From Rhizodiscina lignyota (Eukaryota): a DNA stretch of 64,000 nucleotides. Both the position numbers and the translations under genes were made by a program. This document shows, one piece after another, positions 27,173-40,501 of the stretch. The notes below the pieces were generated by a model that was not told the DNA's origin, made no database searches, and worked only from the letters and a program-made list of their open reading frames with translations. Location: NCBI GenBank assembly GCA_010015805.1, contig ML978123.1:3038001-3102000 (forward strand), given 5' to 3'. Numbering within the stretch: the first letter of the stretch is position 1; the number at the start of each line of letters is the position of its first letter.

Positions 27173-28822
27173 CTTGCCACACCGTGAACAGAGCAAAAAC
27201 AGAGGCAAAACGACGCGAAAGAGATTACAGAGGGAGGAAGTCGCTGGAAAAGGCCATTTGGCAGTCTAAAGTATTTCGGGTCCGCATCAGCTTGCCGCAT
27301 ATCCTCGAGCTGGCCAGCTGCAGAGCAGCATGCAGTCTCATGTCATCCTTCCAAGCACTCCGAACGGAGGATGGCGGCCCTTGCAGTGTGCTTACGCTCT
27401 GCTAGAGAAATGCTTGTCTCGATGGATCAGCATTCTAATGGCCCTAAGTCGCGAAATCACTCCATCCATCTGCAAATCGCTGTGCTGCATCATGGGGCCC
27501 GGCGCATGATTTTCGATGTCCGCCGCGAAAAGTGTGAAGGCGGTCCCACGCTACTGAAAAACAATAACGCGCGCGTTCCGCTGCTGCGGTCGGCGGCCGC
27601 TGCGATCGCACATCTGCTGCAGATCCCGCTCTTCCTGGCAAAAGAACGGGTGATAGGCGAGGCCTTATGGGGCAGCAAGTCCTGCACTGTAAGTGTTTCA
27701 GCACACTACCATACGAACTGGTGGAGCTTCAGCTCCCCACTGCACCACCTCACGATGGGACCGTCCGTCGAACGATTGCCGTCGCGACTTGATAGCCTAC
27801 AAGAGGATAAGGATCTTCGCTGACATGCAAGGTACGCAGGATACGTCGGCGTGAGCCTTTGCTGGTGGAGTGCTGTACGTTAGGGCACGAAAGGGAGCGG
27901 GACGATCAGAATAGCGAAAATACCAGGCCTGTCGTCGAGCTGGATGATGCTTGCAGCCAGCTTCTTCGACACGGCATTGGAAAAGAACAGAGACGAGGAT
28001 CGTTGGCGGCCTCATGCAGCATCTGGCCGGCAACTGCGCTGGTGGGCTCGCCGTTGAAGGTGTTGCTGTCACTTGCTGCAGGCGGACCGGGGGGGTGGCA
28101 GCTGCGAGGCTGGGCGAAAGGGCAGGAGGGCCATGATTCAGGCTAATCGCCCGCGAACCCACCCGATACGAAATAACGTCACCAATGGAACTTCACCACT
28201 GATTGCCGCATTCTTGCTTTGTATAAGATTGTCTCTCACCCGATGCACAGGCCAAATGATGACAGGAACGCGAACACATCGGTAATCGGTATCAGCGCGT
28301 CGCAACTTGATGAGCGCTCTGGGGAGTCGGAGATCCGTTACAACTGAGCCGGGTGTGATGATATTGCCAGAATCCCTCCTGCTTCATGATATGTATTCTT
28401 GCTGAGTAGATCTTTTTCAAACGCCATTTCACATCGGCAACTCATCTTCCGAGCTCTCTGCGTGTATGGTTATCTGTGTCTCCGCAGAATCTATCCCAAA
28501 CGCCATGGGCCATCAGCCAGAGTACCCAGGCCCTGAACAGACTTCCTAATCGGCATACGAAGGAGCTGGTTTCCAGCGAGCGAACAGTCACAGAGCCAGT
28601 ATTGTACAATTCTCTTTAGCACTCGGAAGTCTCCGCATATTGATGAGTTTATATTTGAGGTTGTCAGGAGTAGCTTACCAAGCTTGCCTCAAAAGGTTTA
28701 ACCGCTTGTTGGTTTCGCGGAGGAGAGGCTTCATTGCAGATCTCATACACTCACGAGTGACTAGAGTAGCTCCTTCGTATTCCTCATCGTTCCAAACTGA
28801 CACCACCGACGACTCCTTTTGC

Positions 28823-31768
28823 TTACATTGTGGAGTCGGGAGAAGGCCGTATCTCAAGCTCCGCCTGTCCGGATCCATATTTCTCCATATACTCGGGCAG
28901 TGTGAGAGCACCCCAACCTGTCGGAGAAGTCGAGTCCTTGAACATCATTATAGTTGGATGATATAGTTCATCCTTCTGAATCGTCGCGATCTTCGGTTCT
29001 TTCCCCTTGCTGAAGCCCTCAATCTTGAAGAACACGCCATCCTCGATCTTCATTAGAGCATTGCAGAAAGCTTCAAGGGTTAGCGTGCTCTCGCCGTTGA
29101 CCTTTGTAACCGAGACGAGTTTGTTAAGTCCGTACAAGGCTGCCGGGCTCCCAAGGTTCCAATACGATATGTAAACTTCTGAGAATATTTCCGACCCGGT
29201 TTGTCGCTTGGAGTATGGCGGTCTATGAACGTAGAGCCCGCACGTATAGAGGATTTGGGAAGTCTCGATATCGTCCGTGCGAGAGGTGGAGACCTTTTGG
29301 GTGAGCTCTTTACCCTTGCGCACGATCCGAGCATCGTGAGATGGCCCAAAGAACTGCACGTCCAACTGCACTGCGCGTGTGACGATATTGCCGTTTAACG
29401 TTAACAGGATGTCGCCGTCCTCCAGCGGGCCGGTGTATCCAGCGTTGACCTTGCTGACTTGGAATAGATGTGGATGGTCTGGGTCTTCCGCTCCGACTCG
29501 TGCGATCCAATCTGTATTTTCGTTAGCGACATTGGCGAGATCTATTCAGAAGACGTGTTACCTCTGGAAACACCAAGATCTGCGGCCTTTGCGAGCTCAA
29601 GTGTCTCAAACTGCACATCTATGACCTGCAAGTTGCTGAAGTCGCCCATTCGTATCCTGTCCAAAATCGGGAGAAGCTGAACGGTCATCAGGCCGTCATT
29701 TGATTCCGGATAAATGATCCAATTGGCCTTGACAGATCCATCTGCTGAAGCCAGAAGTCCGTTTTTGGTGACGTTCGTGTTGACTTCAACGATGTCAATA
29801 TTCATTGATCTGAAAGACGCTTGGGTGGTCTCTGTGAGTACCACGACAGTCTCTTCGATATAGGACTTGGCGCCTTTTTCCATGCGCAGGAAGTATGCCT
29901 TTTCGCCTTGCGTAACCGGTGCCCCCGAGAATTTGATGGCTCGAACGGACCCGTCCACGAGCGCCGCATCGTACTGCAGAAGGATGCAATTCAAGAGCGG
30001 GTGGATATACCTGACGGTCGCATTGATCTTCAGAGAGGCGCCGACAATGAGAGTGACATGGCAGCGGTTGTGAGGAACCGTGTCTCTCGAAACCAGGACA
30101 TAGCCCTTCTTGTCATCCACAACCATCCCGAAGCCGTCTTTCCAACCTTCGTCATTGTCACTAAAGCAAGTTGGGATATACGTTTCGACTTGAACTAAAC
30201 CAGCTTGGAGTCGCGTAATCGCCTCCGGAATCGAGGGATTTTTCCTGATCGCCATCGTGGCCACACTGCGACTCTGAGGTTCGGCTGGGAGGAAGTCCGA
30301 AATCTTCTCGAACTGCCACAATCCTGTGTTATCGTTACGCTCGCCGATGCTCATTGCCTTCCACTGGCGATCAATCATTGCGATCTCCGTCTTCTCTAAA
30401 TGGAGGTTGGTGAGGCTCCTATATTTGACCTGGGCTCTATGCTGGTCTGCTTCGTGTTAGGTACGACTTCGTTGTTGAGAACATTCTGCTCACCTCTCTT
30501 TGAACGGATGACCCTTATGAATGTGTCCAAGTCGGGTGTTTCTTCGTCATCAACCGACAGAATTAGCGGATCGCCGCTTGAGAGCTTTACAGTTCCACAT
30601 CCACCACTAAACAGGACACCTTTCACTGGAACGCCGTACTCAAGAGCTTTGATATACGGAAGTTCGTGAAAAGACCATCCTCCGAAACAAAATACTCTCG
30701 TCGGGGAAATGTCCGCAAAGTCTTGCACCTTGATGCTGCACGACATTTCTTTTCCGTTGCGCGAAAAGAGAATATCCAGCTCATCCCCAATATGATTGTC
30801 CATGAGCTCGTTCAATGCTGAAAATTGAACGATCGGTTTGCCGTTAATGCGGAGCAAGATGTCTCCGGCCTCTAGATGTCCGGAGGCAGGTCCATCTTTG
30901 AGCACCTTTTCGGCGATGAGCATGCTGACCTCGTCTGGGAAGGCGGATTGGATAGCTTTCTTCGATGACGATTCAAGTCCGAGTCTGCGGCACTCTTCGA
31001 ATGACTTAATGAGCCACTGAGTCTGCAAGGTTCCTCGGCGGACGACATTCCCAGTGAGGATAGTATGCAAAATATGGGCAATGCGATCAAGTGGCACAAA
31101 ATAGTTGATGTTGGCAAGTAAATACCCTGAAGCCATAAGGCCAACTACATGCCCATCAAGAGTGACAACAGGACTTCCTGAGCTGCCACTCTTGGCGCCG
31201 GCTGCTGCCTGGATCATGTTGGTATTGGGGTAACTGCTATTCGAGTTCTTGTCGAGCCTGGAAATGACGCCCTTGGATATACTGAGTTCCGAATCATAGT
31301 CGTTGCCGATGACGCATATCTCGACACCAACACGAGCCTCTTCCGGTTTGAGCTGCAGTCCGGTAAGGTCATGAGATTCTGCGAACTTCGGACAGACTCG
31401 CAGAATCCCAAAATCATGTTCAGGATCGCGGTATATAGGGAACACATCTGCCTGTATATGTGTTAGCCCTCCGACAAAAGGCACAAATGATAAATCTTGG
31501 ACATACTTCTTTCTTGTCCCAGAAGGTGCAGCGACCTCGAAAGCCGCCGGACCCCACGATGTGCTGAGTTCTTGTCAGTAACCAAGAGGTATAAGATCGC
31601 GAACTCAACACTGACCTTGTTTGTCAAGATGTAGCCTCCTTCGACGAGAAACCCAGTCCCGGCAGCGGTATGCACTTCCTCCCCATCCCAAGAGAATGGT
31701 AAGTAGTATCGCAATCGGACAACATGCTTCTTAACCTCTTCGATTGTATCCTGCCACTTGATTTCCAT
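28823..31768 (-). CDS. Divergent second Nma111/HtrA-like serine protease; introns 31564-31615, 31452-31506, 30447-30493, 29512-29561
   Basis: After splicing the frame is continuous. Triad TNK|HIV, EHDFG and AKSGSSGSPV. Collinear similarity with the 831-3965 protein throughout ([34 protein letters not shown]). Confidence 0.9.
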
Positions 31769-34146
31769 AGTGGAGGACGGAGTGCTGATAACTGTAGTGG
31801 TGGTTACGTATTTGGGGTAAACTGGATGTTAATATAGTGATCGCCTCTTTCGCGTGCTAGCTCGAGAATGAAGTAGAATGGAGAATGTAAATGTAAATTT
31901 GCACGGCTTATATATATGCTGTATGTGTTGAACTCAAGCGCCTAGTTCAGTGACAGAGCAATTTAAATTCAAGGCCTATTTTTCGTTACCAGGGAGGTGT
32001 TTGCAGGCCTGCAACACAGGAGTCAGTTACAGTTAACCAACCAAATGCTCGGTTTCGGTTCATGAGGCCGTTTCCACTGTAGTGCAAGCGCTTGAGGGTG
32101 AAGACATGTATACCGCACCGCAAAGCTCTGACGCAGCTACCGTTCACCGGTCGTGGGTGTACGATCGGGAACAGTGGAACAAAGAGGTGGGCCTGAAGAT
32201 AGAAACAGTCAGCCGCAAAACAAGGATCGAAGTCATGAACTCGTGGGGCCAGGAAATCAAATACTCACAATTAACAGTCGCCAAATCTTCTGAACCGACG
32301 AATAGAACTCACCAGCTGCAGCATCAGAGCTATCTAGCTTTCGGCGTTCGTGTAACGATTGGTGAATGAAACACAGTTGTCAGTTGAGGTCCAAGCTACT
32401 CGGAAACATTCGATTTTGATCGATTTTCAACTTATGTGCTCTCTGTACGACAAGACTTGAGGGCAGGGCAGAGATTGCCCCGCAGTGGCTGAGTGGCTGT
32501 TAGACATGTGACCGAACCCATCAATCAGATAGATCGAAGGTCTCAATAAAGATCGAACTAGAACAAAGAAAAGCCTATGACACCTGGCGAGCTGGTTCGG
32601 GGTGGCTATGCTGTGGAGGCAAATGGCAAGTGAACGTCGGTCAAGACCGCGAAGAAGAGATCCTTCGACGTGTCGCCCTAAAGAGCTGGAGGGAGTTCCC
32701 ACTATCTTCAAGGCTGAAGAGAGGGCTTTGTGCGAAAAGAGTGACCGAGTACATGCATGTGCGGACGAAGAATATGCGGCCGTCGAAAGGACGCGCTTCA
32801 GCCTAGTTCCGCCCATCCAGGTGCAAGGTTTTCCTGGCGCAAGCCAATTGGGAACCTCCAACAACAGCTGCGCATTTAAAAATGAGTCAGTTATAGAATG
32901 AAGGGTTTTGATGATATAGACCGTTACTGAATGGTCTGAGGCAACCTCGCGGTGCCTTTCAACATCTGCCACGACTGACTAAGCGTCCGCATTGGGAAGG
33001 TCTTAGGCACTGGCCTGCTAGGTGAACTTTACATCTCGGTTGCGGAAAAATTTGGACTCGCTCTCAATCCTCAATTTGTTGTGTTCACGTGGAGGAACGC
33101 TTATACAGGTATTGAGGTTACATTTGACCTTTAAAACGATCAAGGGTTGCGGGTCGGCTCGATCTCCAGGCAGCGGTTGCCTACGCGGTGGACTCTGGAA
33201 AATCCGGATCGTTTGCACCGTACGACGCGTCTCCACGCCTTTCCCCGCGAAAGAGTATTGGGATCTCAACATTTAGCATTGCACGTTGCATCAGCAGTAA
33301 TCAAATTAAGGCGGGGAGGGGCAGAGTGCTGAGGTGAGACCGCAAAGTTAACTTCTAATGGCAGGTTAGATCAACACCTATCGCTCCTCTTCATGAACCA
33401 GCAACGCCGATATTGGAAGTCCTTTGTGGGTTCATCTTGCAGTGGGTGGTATTAGGGCGCGGTCACCACACCTCTCCCCTATAATTCGAGAGCGGTGGAC
33501 TGAAAGAGGTACCGGTACGTGATCCCTTCTGTTGGGTTCAACGGCCGTGCTGTGTATCGAGGACCAGTCTTGTTTTCGAACAAATCACACTCTCTAGTTC
33601 TAATCCTAGCTCTTCGATTCGCAAGCTAGCCTCCAATATCCTATAGTTTCAGCAGATCATTGACAAGGCGCGTCCACTTTATCCTGAGCGATTCGCAACG
33701 TCCCTGTGCCACATATCATGATCAGCACGTCTCAGCAACAACCCCCAACAGGGCCTGAATCTCGTTGGCACACGTACGAGATGTGAGTGACACTGCACGA
33801 CTACTGGCGAGCCAGTGAAATTAACCGCTACCGTTGGCCCGAATGCGGCATTCTTTCCTCGAAGCATCTAGGCGAGACGACATGCTTGAAGCTTGAGAAT
33901 GCGGAGAAGGCAGAGATATGGCCGTAGCACGGACCGACGTCGCATTGGAGAGGCGGCTCGAGAGTAACAATACTCGTCATAATGTGACGTATGCATTATG
34001 GAAGAGTCAGTCGCATCCCTATAAAGCACAACTCCCGTCGTGCGGCAGAGGACCTCACCCCCAACCTTACAAGTCAGAAAGATCTCTTTACTCTCCTTCT
34101 GAAAGCAAGTCAATCCATCATCCAGACCTCCCTCAAATATACCAAG

Positions 34147-34353
34147 ATGCAGCTTCAATCGATCATCGCCATCGCCGGTATGCTTGTGGCATCACACTGC
34201 GTGCTCGCCGAGCCTGTTCCGAACCTTGGACAGATGCTCGTCCAGAGACAGGACAGCTGCCCATCGGGCCAAGTTGTTTGCCCCCTCGGAGACGATAGCT
34301 TTGAGTGCTGTTTCTCTTCCGCTTGCTGCAGCTTGCCCTGCTGCAACGAATGA
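34147..34353 (+). CDS. Small secreted cysteine-rich peptide (68 aa)
   Basis: Signal peptide MQLQSIIAIAGMLVASHCVLA, pro-region ending VQR, mature QDSCPSGQVVCPLGDDSFECCFSSACCSLPCCNE. TATAAA at about 34020. Confidence 0.8.
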   Translation: MQLQSIIAIAGMLVASHCVLAEPVPNLGQMLVQRQDSCPSGQVVCPLGDDSFECCFSSACCSLPCCNE

Positions 34354-35670
34354 AGCCGGGCCATCAACAAATACGACAGGAAAAAGCAGAAACTCTCGAG
34401 GATATGGAGATTGCGAAGGAGCATATATGGGACGTCAGTTATATAAGGCCTGTAGGCGATACTGATTCAATGACGGCAAGAGAAACTCTGTTGACAAGAC
34501 TTTAACACAAATATAAATGATGTTGGGATGGCCTGTACGTGCGATAAATTGAATGACAGAGAGTGAAAAATTAAAATGCTATCTTACTGCACATATCCCT
34601 CAGTACCTGAGTGGTCTCAAATGAGAAGAGCCAAATAATAGGGCCAGTAAACAGCTCCGAAAACTTTCTGGTAGGTCCAGATGCGTTCTCTTTACTCCCT
34701 CCTGAAGCCGCTCTAATGAAGTCGTACAGTTTGTATTAGTAATATGTCTTTGGAAGAGATACAATTCTCTAAGCCAATTAGCAATACCAATCTCCTTGAG
34801 TGCACGGGCGATAGATATCAAGGATGCCGAAGGACTTTGGACTTGCCGGAGTGGCTTCGAGTGACATCAAATACGAGAGAGGGTTAGCTTGGTCAATCCC
34901 TGCCTTCATGTTTTGGTCATGACAATTAAAGAGTGGGAGCTTTGGATACGGTTGACCCAGTAATTGCCCCGGTGTTGAAAAAAGGGGAAACAGGAAACCT
35001 GCTCAAATATTTCTCTCTCACGAAGTTGGAGTGGATCTTGCAGAAGAAGACTCGGCTCCTCTCCTTTCGGAACGTTGAATGTAAGGCTGGCAATCTCGGC
35101 ATCTGTTAATCGGGCCGGACAACGGCTCGACAGTCTCCGCTCCCGGCATCAGCCACCGCTATCAGAGTCACGCCACAACGCACCGAGAGCACCTAGTGGC
35201 TGTGTCGATTGCCAACCCCTGCTGACTCACACTATTTCCTCCGTCTTACTAGCTGAACGCCTGATGCGACGCGTCAAACCAAGGTCGTCTTGCAAAGCAC
35301 CACAACGCTGTTCAATGGCTCAGTCGCCATGCTGTCATTTAAGCACATCGTCTTGGGGGCTATGCGGAGACTTTTCAAATGTCTCCATGATATGTATATC
35401 AGGTCGGTTGGCATTCGCGCGAACGCGTCTTCAGAGCGTACACTTTTGTATCGCGCCTGTACGAGTCCCAAAACGTCGTCACTTTGTACCTTTGATCACT
35501 TTTCGACCGAGAGGCGAGCGCCGTTTGTGTCCGCTTTAGGAGGCTTACGATAATTCACACAAGCTTTGCGTGCCTGTTTTTCATTTGATTGATCACAGGG
35601 CTATGCAGAATTGCCTTTAAACTAAAGGTGCCACAACCACTTCAATTCGCAAATCCTCTGGGACGCGATC

Positions 35671-37391
35671 ATGGCTCCTCGCGTAGCTGTCATAGGAGCT
35701 GGCCCTCTTGGGCTCATAGCTGTGAAGAACCTTAAAGAGGATGGTTTTGACGTGACATGTTTCGAAGCCAGACCATACGTCGGAGGGTACGCAGTTGTTG
35801 AGGAATTGTTAGGGTACATGATGCTAACTACGCCTTTCAACAGTCTCTGGAACTACTCTGACGATGAGCGTCTCAGTACCGCTGCAACGACCATCTTCAA
35901 TTCAAGCAAGTATCGAAGCGCCATATCAGACTACCCGTTTCCGGATGATGCAGATGACTTTCCCACCTGGCAGCAGATGCATCAATATCTGGAGGGCTTC
36001 GCCGATCATTTCGAATTGAGACCGCATCTTCGCCTCAATAGTCCTGTCACAAGCCTATCGCGAGATGGCAAGCAATGGGTAATAGAAATCACACCGAAGG
36101 ACGGGCCGTCTCGACGCGAATATTTCGACAAGGTCGCTATTGCAACTGGATCATTTGTGATACCGAAGCAACCACAATTGCAAGGAGTTGAAAAGTTTAC
36201 AGGCAGGCAACTCCATGCAATCAACTTCCATCGGCCCGAGACATTCAAGGGCGAAAGAGTCCTAATCATTGGTCTTCACGCCAGCGCTCAAGACGTTGCC
36301 ACAGGTCTTGCAGGACACGCGTCGCAGGCTTACGTCTCGCATCGGAACGGTGTTTTACTGGTGAGTCTCAGTGTGGTATCTATTTCCCAAGTTATCCCAC
36401 TTACACTTTGCAGATTCCCCGATACGAGCCGAAGGGTGCCACTTTTGATCAAACCATGAACATCGGCTTCGCAATGTTTCAGATGTCTATGCAGACTTGG
36501 TTTCCCAATTTATTTACGTGGCTAGTTGACAAGATGCTGGTGTCGATGTCTAAGAAGGCGTTTCCAAATGCCCCAAAGTCCTGGAATTTGTTCCCGGCCC
36601 CATCCATCGCTACAACTCCGCCGTTGGTTGGAGATGAAATGTACCCGCTGATGGAATCAGGCTTTTGCGAACCGGTGGGTGCCGTCGCTCAGATAACCGG
36701 TCCGAAGACTGTTGAATTGAAAGATGGCCGCATTCTAGAAGACATTGATTCAATCATCTACTGTACAGGCTATGACACGGCAACTCCTTTCGTCGATAAA
36801 GAGTATAACCCGTATCCCACTCCTGGTGGGCCTGCCGATCTCTATCGGGGAACATTTCCGCTGCACGAAGATCCCGAGGTGCGAAACTCGCTGGCATTCT
36901 TTGGACATGCCGCCGTGCCTTTCCCAGGATTTATTCAGCACGAAATAATCATCCTGGCTACCTCTCAGATTTGGAAAGGTAATTCTTCCTTGCCGCCCCT
37001 CGGAGAGATGAAGAAGTGGCATCGCGGATATTTGGATTGGAGAAACGACCTATTGCGCAAGCAGCAATGGCCTTCCACATTCTACGTTGCCTTCATGCCC
37101 TTCAAAGACCACGTACTCTGGTTCGACCAGGCCGCCGGTTCCGACGTCTTTTCACATTTCGGGATGTTCAGCGCGAAGGCGTGGTCTTTCTGGTGGAACG
37201 ACAAGGATCTATACCGAAAGTGTGCAGGTGGTTTATTCACCCCATCGATATGGCGCCTCTTCGAAACGGGTAAGCGGAAAGCCTGGCCGAAAGCGAGAGA
37301 GCAGATTTATCTGGACAACGAAGCAGCACAGAAGCAGATTAAGAAAAGACTCGAGAAGCTAAAGCTTGAGAAAAACAAGAAGACTCGGTAG
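35671..37391 (+). CDS. Flavin-containing monooxygenase (class B FMO); introns 35787-35843 and 36361-36413
   Basis: VAVIGAGPLG, GG|LW, FTGRQLHAINF fingerprint, IIGLHASAQD, IYCTGYD. Confidence 0.92.
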
Positions 37392-38677
37392 AGCGATTCA
37401 TATTTCATAAGTTGTCGTGTACCAATATTTGAGCACTCAGCTTCTTGGAACTGATCTGGAAGCTATTGGCTATTCTTATGCAAGTCATTATCGCTTTAAT
37501 CCCTTTGTTTCTTATTAAATGTTCGCTATGTAGATGTGGAACGAAGCATACTATATCGTCAAAAAGATTATCACTGATTAATGCTCAGGATCGCTAAAGG
37601 AGTGTGCCCCAAAATTAAAAATTTAATATGAAACCTTTCCGCTGGCCAATACTCCCAAGCCTCGTCATCTAAGCCACCCTTCCGAATTACAAACTCAGAG
37701 TCTTATAGAAAAATCTACACTGATACGCGCTCCTGGGTTTTCAAATATACTGACCGGACTAAGGGAGGATCACTGTACATAGAGGTGATAGCTTTGAGCT
37801 CCGCTTCGAATAGTAATACCGAGTACGCTCGAGGAGCTTCGGAATAAACTGGGAGTTGCATGGGAAGTAATTCGGTTCTTGAAGCAATCATAAACAAGGC
37901 CTCGCTGGTGGGCAGGTGAGTCTGAAGACTCTGAACTGGAAATGCAAATGAGTTCGAGCGCTGACTTGGCTTAGTAAAGTCTATTTACCTTCATGTTTAA
38001 ATTCATTATGATCAAGCCTAAGTATTTACAAATAACAAGCGTCCAAAAACCAACCAAGCAATGATATAAAACCTACAAGGATGAGAGTAATCCAGTGAAA
38101 GCTGACGTGCCTATTGAGCTAAAGCTTGAGCACAAAACCTCAAGCATCATACTGAAGCAAAACCGAGCCGGAATGAGGACAAGCTGATGGAGCGGACCAA
38201 AGAGTACGGCCCCAACGGGTCAGGGTTCTAGACAGTTGCGTACAGATTACAATTAACGAATGGGCGATTATTCCAATGAATTTCTTTCGTATGTATGGTG
38301 ACAGCATAAAGAATAAAGCTAAAGTTCTCTTGTGTGCGGGAAGTTCGATTGTCGTGGTCAGCTTTGTTCCCCATTGTTGCTTCATAGGCCTAATGATCAT
38401 AGATTCTCCTAAACTTTAACTGGTAGAAAACCTTTTTAATCCCCAATAGTGTAAACTCGTGAAGGCCGGTGCCTGAAATTACCCTACGAATATCTTTATG
38501 ATGATGTTGAACATGGCTACTCCTAGATCGGCCGAGCGAGGGAGGGGAATGTGCAAAGCTCCATTGGCCGCGGAAAGCTACTATCCGTCTCCACATAATA
38601 CTCATAAAGTCTACCCATCGTGCCCATAATTTCATCTCATTTCACAAATCTCTGCTGCATCATACAAAATAGACAAA

Positions 38678-40141
38678 ATGCAGGAATTCGACATCTACAT
38701 CAACGGCCAATACCGCAAAGGTCGCGCGGGAACCGAGGATGCAATAAACCCATATTCTCAAAAGCCATGGGCCAAGATTGCACAAGCTTCCGTGGAAGAC
38801 GTCAATGATGCAGTCCTCGCGGCAGAGACTGCGTTTGAAACATGGGGCAAGACAACAGGCTACCACCGGTCCAAGCTGATGCTCAAGTTAGCTGATGTGC
38901 TCGACGAGGATGCTGAGTCGTTGTCGATCGTTGAAACGTCTGACAATGGCAAGATCCGCAGGGAGACGAAGAGCCAGATGCATTTTGCCGCTAGGAATTA
39001 CAGGTACTTTGCAGGCCTGGCGGACAAGTTGGTTGGCGAGACGAAGCCGTTGGATAATCCGGATATGTTCGATTTCACACTGCGCGAACCGTATGGCGTA
39101 TGTGCCCTCATCACGCCTTGGAATAGTCCCATTGGAATTCTGGCGAACAAGCTTGCGCCATGTCTGGCTGCCGGAAATACCTGCGTTGTCAAGCCGAGCG
39201 AATTCACGTCAGCTAGCACCATGTACTTCGCAAAGATTGTGGAGAAAGCGGGATTCCCACCCGGAGTTTTCAACGTCATTACTGGTAAAGCAGAGGTCGG
39301 AAAGGCGCTGGTAATGCATCCAGTGATCACAAAGATCAGTTTTACAGGCAGCGTTAACGTGGGCCGGATCATCGCGAAGCAAGGAGCGGAGAACATTGTT
39401 CCTGTCACGCTCGAGCTCGGAGGAAAGTCAGCCAATATCATTCTGGACGATGCGGAATTAGACAAAGCTATTCCTGGAAGCGTAGCAGGCATCTTTGCTG
39501 CGTCAGGACAGACATGTATTGCGGGATCCCGTCTGCTTGTTCACCGCACAGTGTACGACCAGGTACTGAACGGCATCTTAGAGAGGATCAAGACTATCCG
39601 CTTTGGCGACCCGCAGGACCTGAGCACTGATATTGGACCAGTGGCACATGCAGGTCAATGGGAAACAATCCAGGGCTTTATCAAGAAAGCGCAAGATGAC
39701 GGAGCCAAGCTACTTGCTGGTGGACGAGACGCAAGCGAGAAGTTGGGTGGCCTCTCCGTTGCTCCCACTGTGTTCGGCGATGTCGACCCAATGAGCCATC
39801 TTGCGCAAAATGAAGTCTTCGGACCCGTTCTCGGAATGATTCCATTCGACACAGACGAGGAGGCAATCAAGATTGCGAACAGCACCAAGTACGGCTTGGG
39901 TGGAGCTGTGTGGACGACGAACGTCAAGCGCGCTCATAAGATCGCTAGACGTCTCAACACTGGTCAAGTCTGGGTTAACACCTATCGATCAAGTGCCACG
40001 ATGGCGCCGTTTGGTGGATTCAAGCACAGCGGGTACGGAAAGGAGCGTGGTACGGAAGCGTTGCTTGAGTATACCCGAGTGAAGAACGTGATGATGGATC
40101 TGAGCGATGAAGTGCGGGATCCTTTCGTTATCAAGATGTAA
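38678..40141 (+). CDS. NAD(P)-dependent aldehyde dehydrogenase, intronless
   Basis: ITPWNSP, KPSE, FTGS, LELGGKS, GQTCIAGSR (catalytic Cys), EVFGPV, PFGGFKHSGYGKE. Confidence 0.95.
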   Translation: MQEFDIYINGQYRKGRAGTEDAINPYSQKPWAKIAQASVEDVNDAVLAAETAFETWGKTTGYHRSKLMLKLADVLDEDAESLSIVETSDNGKIRRETKSQMHFAARNYRYFAGLADKLVGETKPLDNPDMFDFTLREPYGVCALITPWNSPIGILANKLAPCLAAGNTCVVKPSEFTSASTMYFAKIVEKAGFPPGVFNVITGKAEVGKALVMHPVITKISFTGSVNVGRIIAKQGAENIVPVTLELGGKSANIILDDAELDKAIPGSVAGIFAASGQTCIAGSRLLVHRTVYDQVLNGILERIKTIRFGDPQDLSTDIGPVAHAGQWETIQGFIKKAQDDGAKLLAGGRDASEKLGGLSVAPTVFGDVDPMSHLAQNEVFGPVLGMIPFDTDEEAIKIANSTKYGLGGAVWTTNVKRAHKIARRLNTGQVWVNTYRSSATMAPFGGFKHSGYGKERGTEALLEYTRVKNVMMDLSDEVRDPFVIKM

Positions 40142-40501
40142 CACGAATATTCGGTGGAAATGTATACTTTTAGCCTGTCCGCTCGGCCTCCTCTGCTCGA
40201 ACGTGTCGCTACGATGTCTCAGCCGGAAGAAATGCTTTCGATGAGCTGTTGCGTTGCTGAACGATGCACGAAATAACGGGGATACCCACCTCAGCGCTTC
40301 TCAATTCTGTGCTATCTCAATTCGGCAGTGAACAGAAACTTGGGTGGCAAAAGTCCGTACGGCGACATGTGAAGAACATATGTGCTGTTCTACCTTCAAC
40401 GCCACTGGGAGGCAGTGAGAAACCCCCTCCAGCCATGGTATGACCCGCTGTATAACAATACGTGTGTGTCGTCGCAGCAGCCCACATCGTGTCTGTTCCA
40501 T

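Noticed and set aside
28823..31768. Interpretation of the fragmented nma111 paralogue as a frameshifted pseudogene
   Set aside because: Every break coincides with a canonical 47-55 nt GT-AG intron and the spliced frame is continuous.
32082..33332. Protein-like fragments upstream of the nma111 paralogue
   Set aside because: Could not be assembled into a gene or assigned to a family. It may be a relic but is unsupported.
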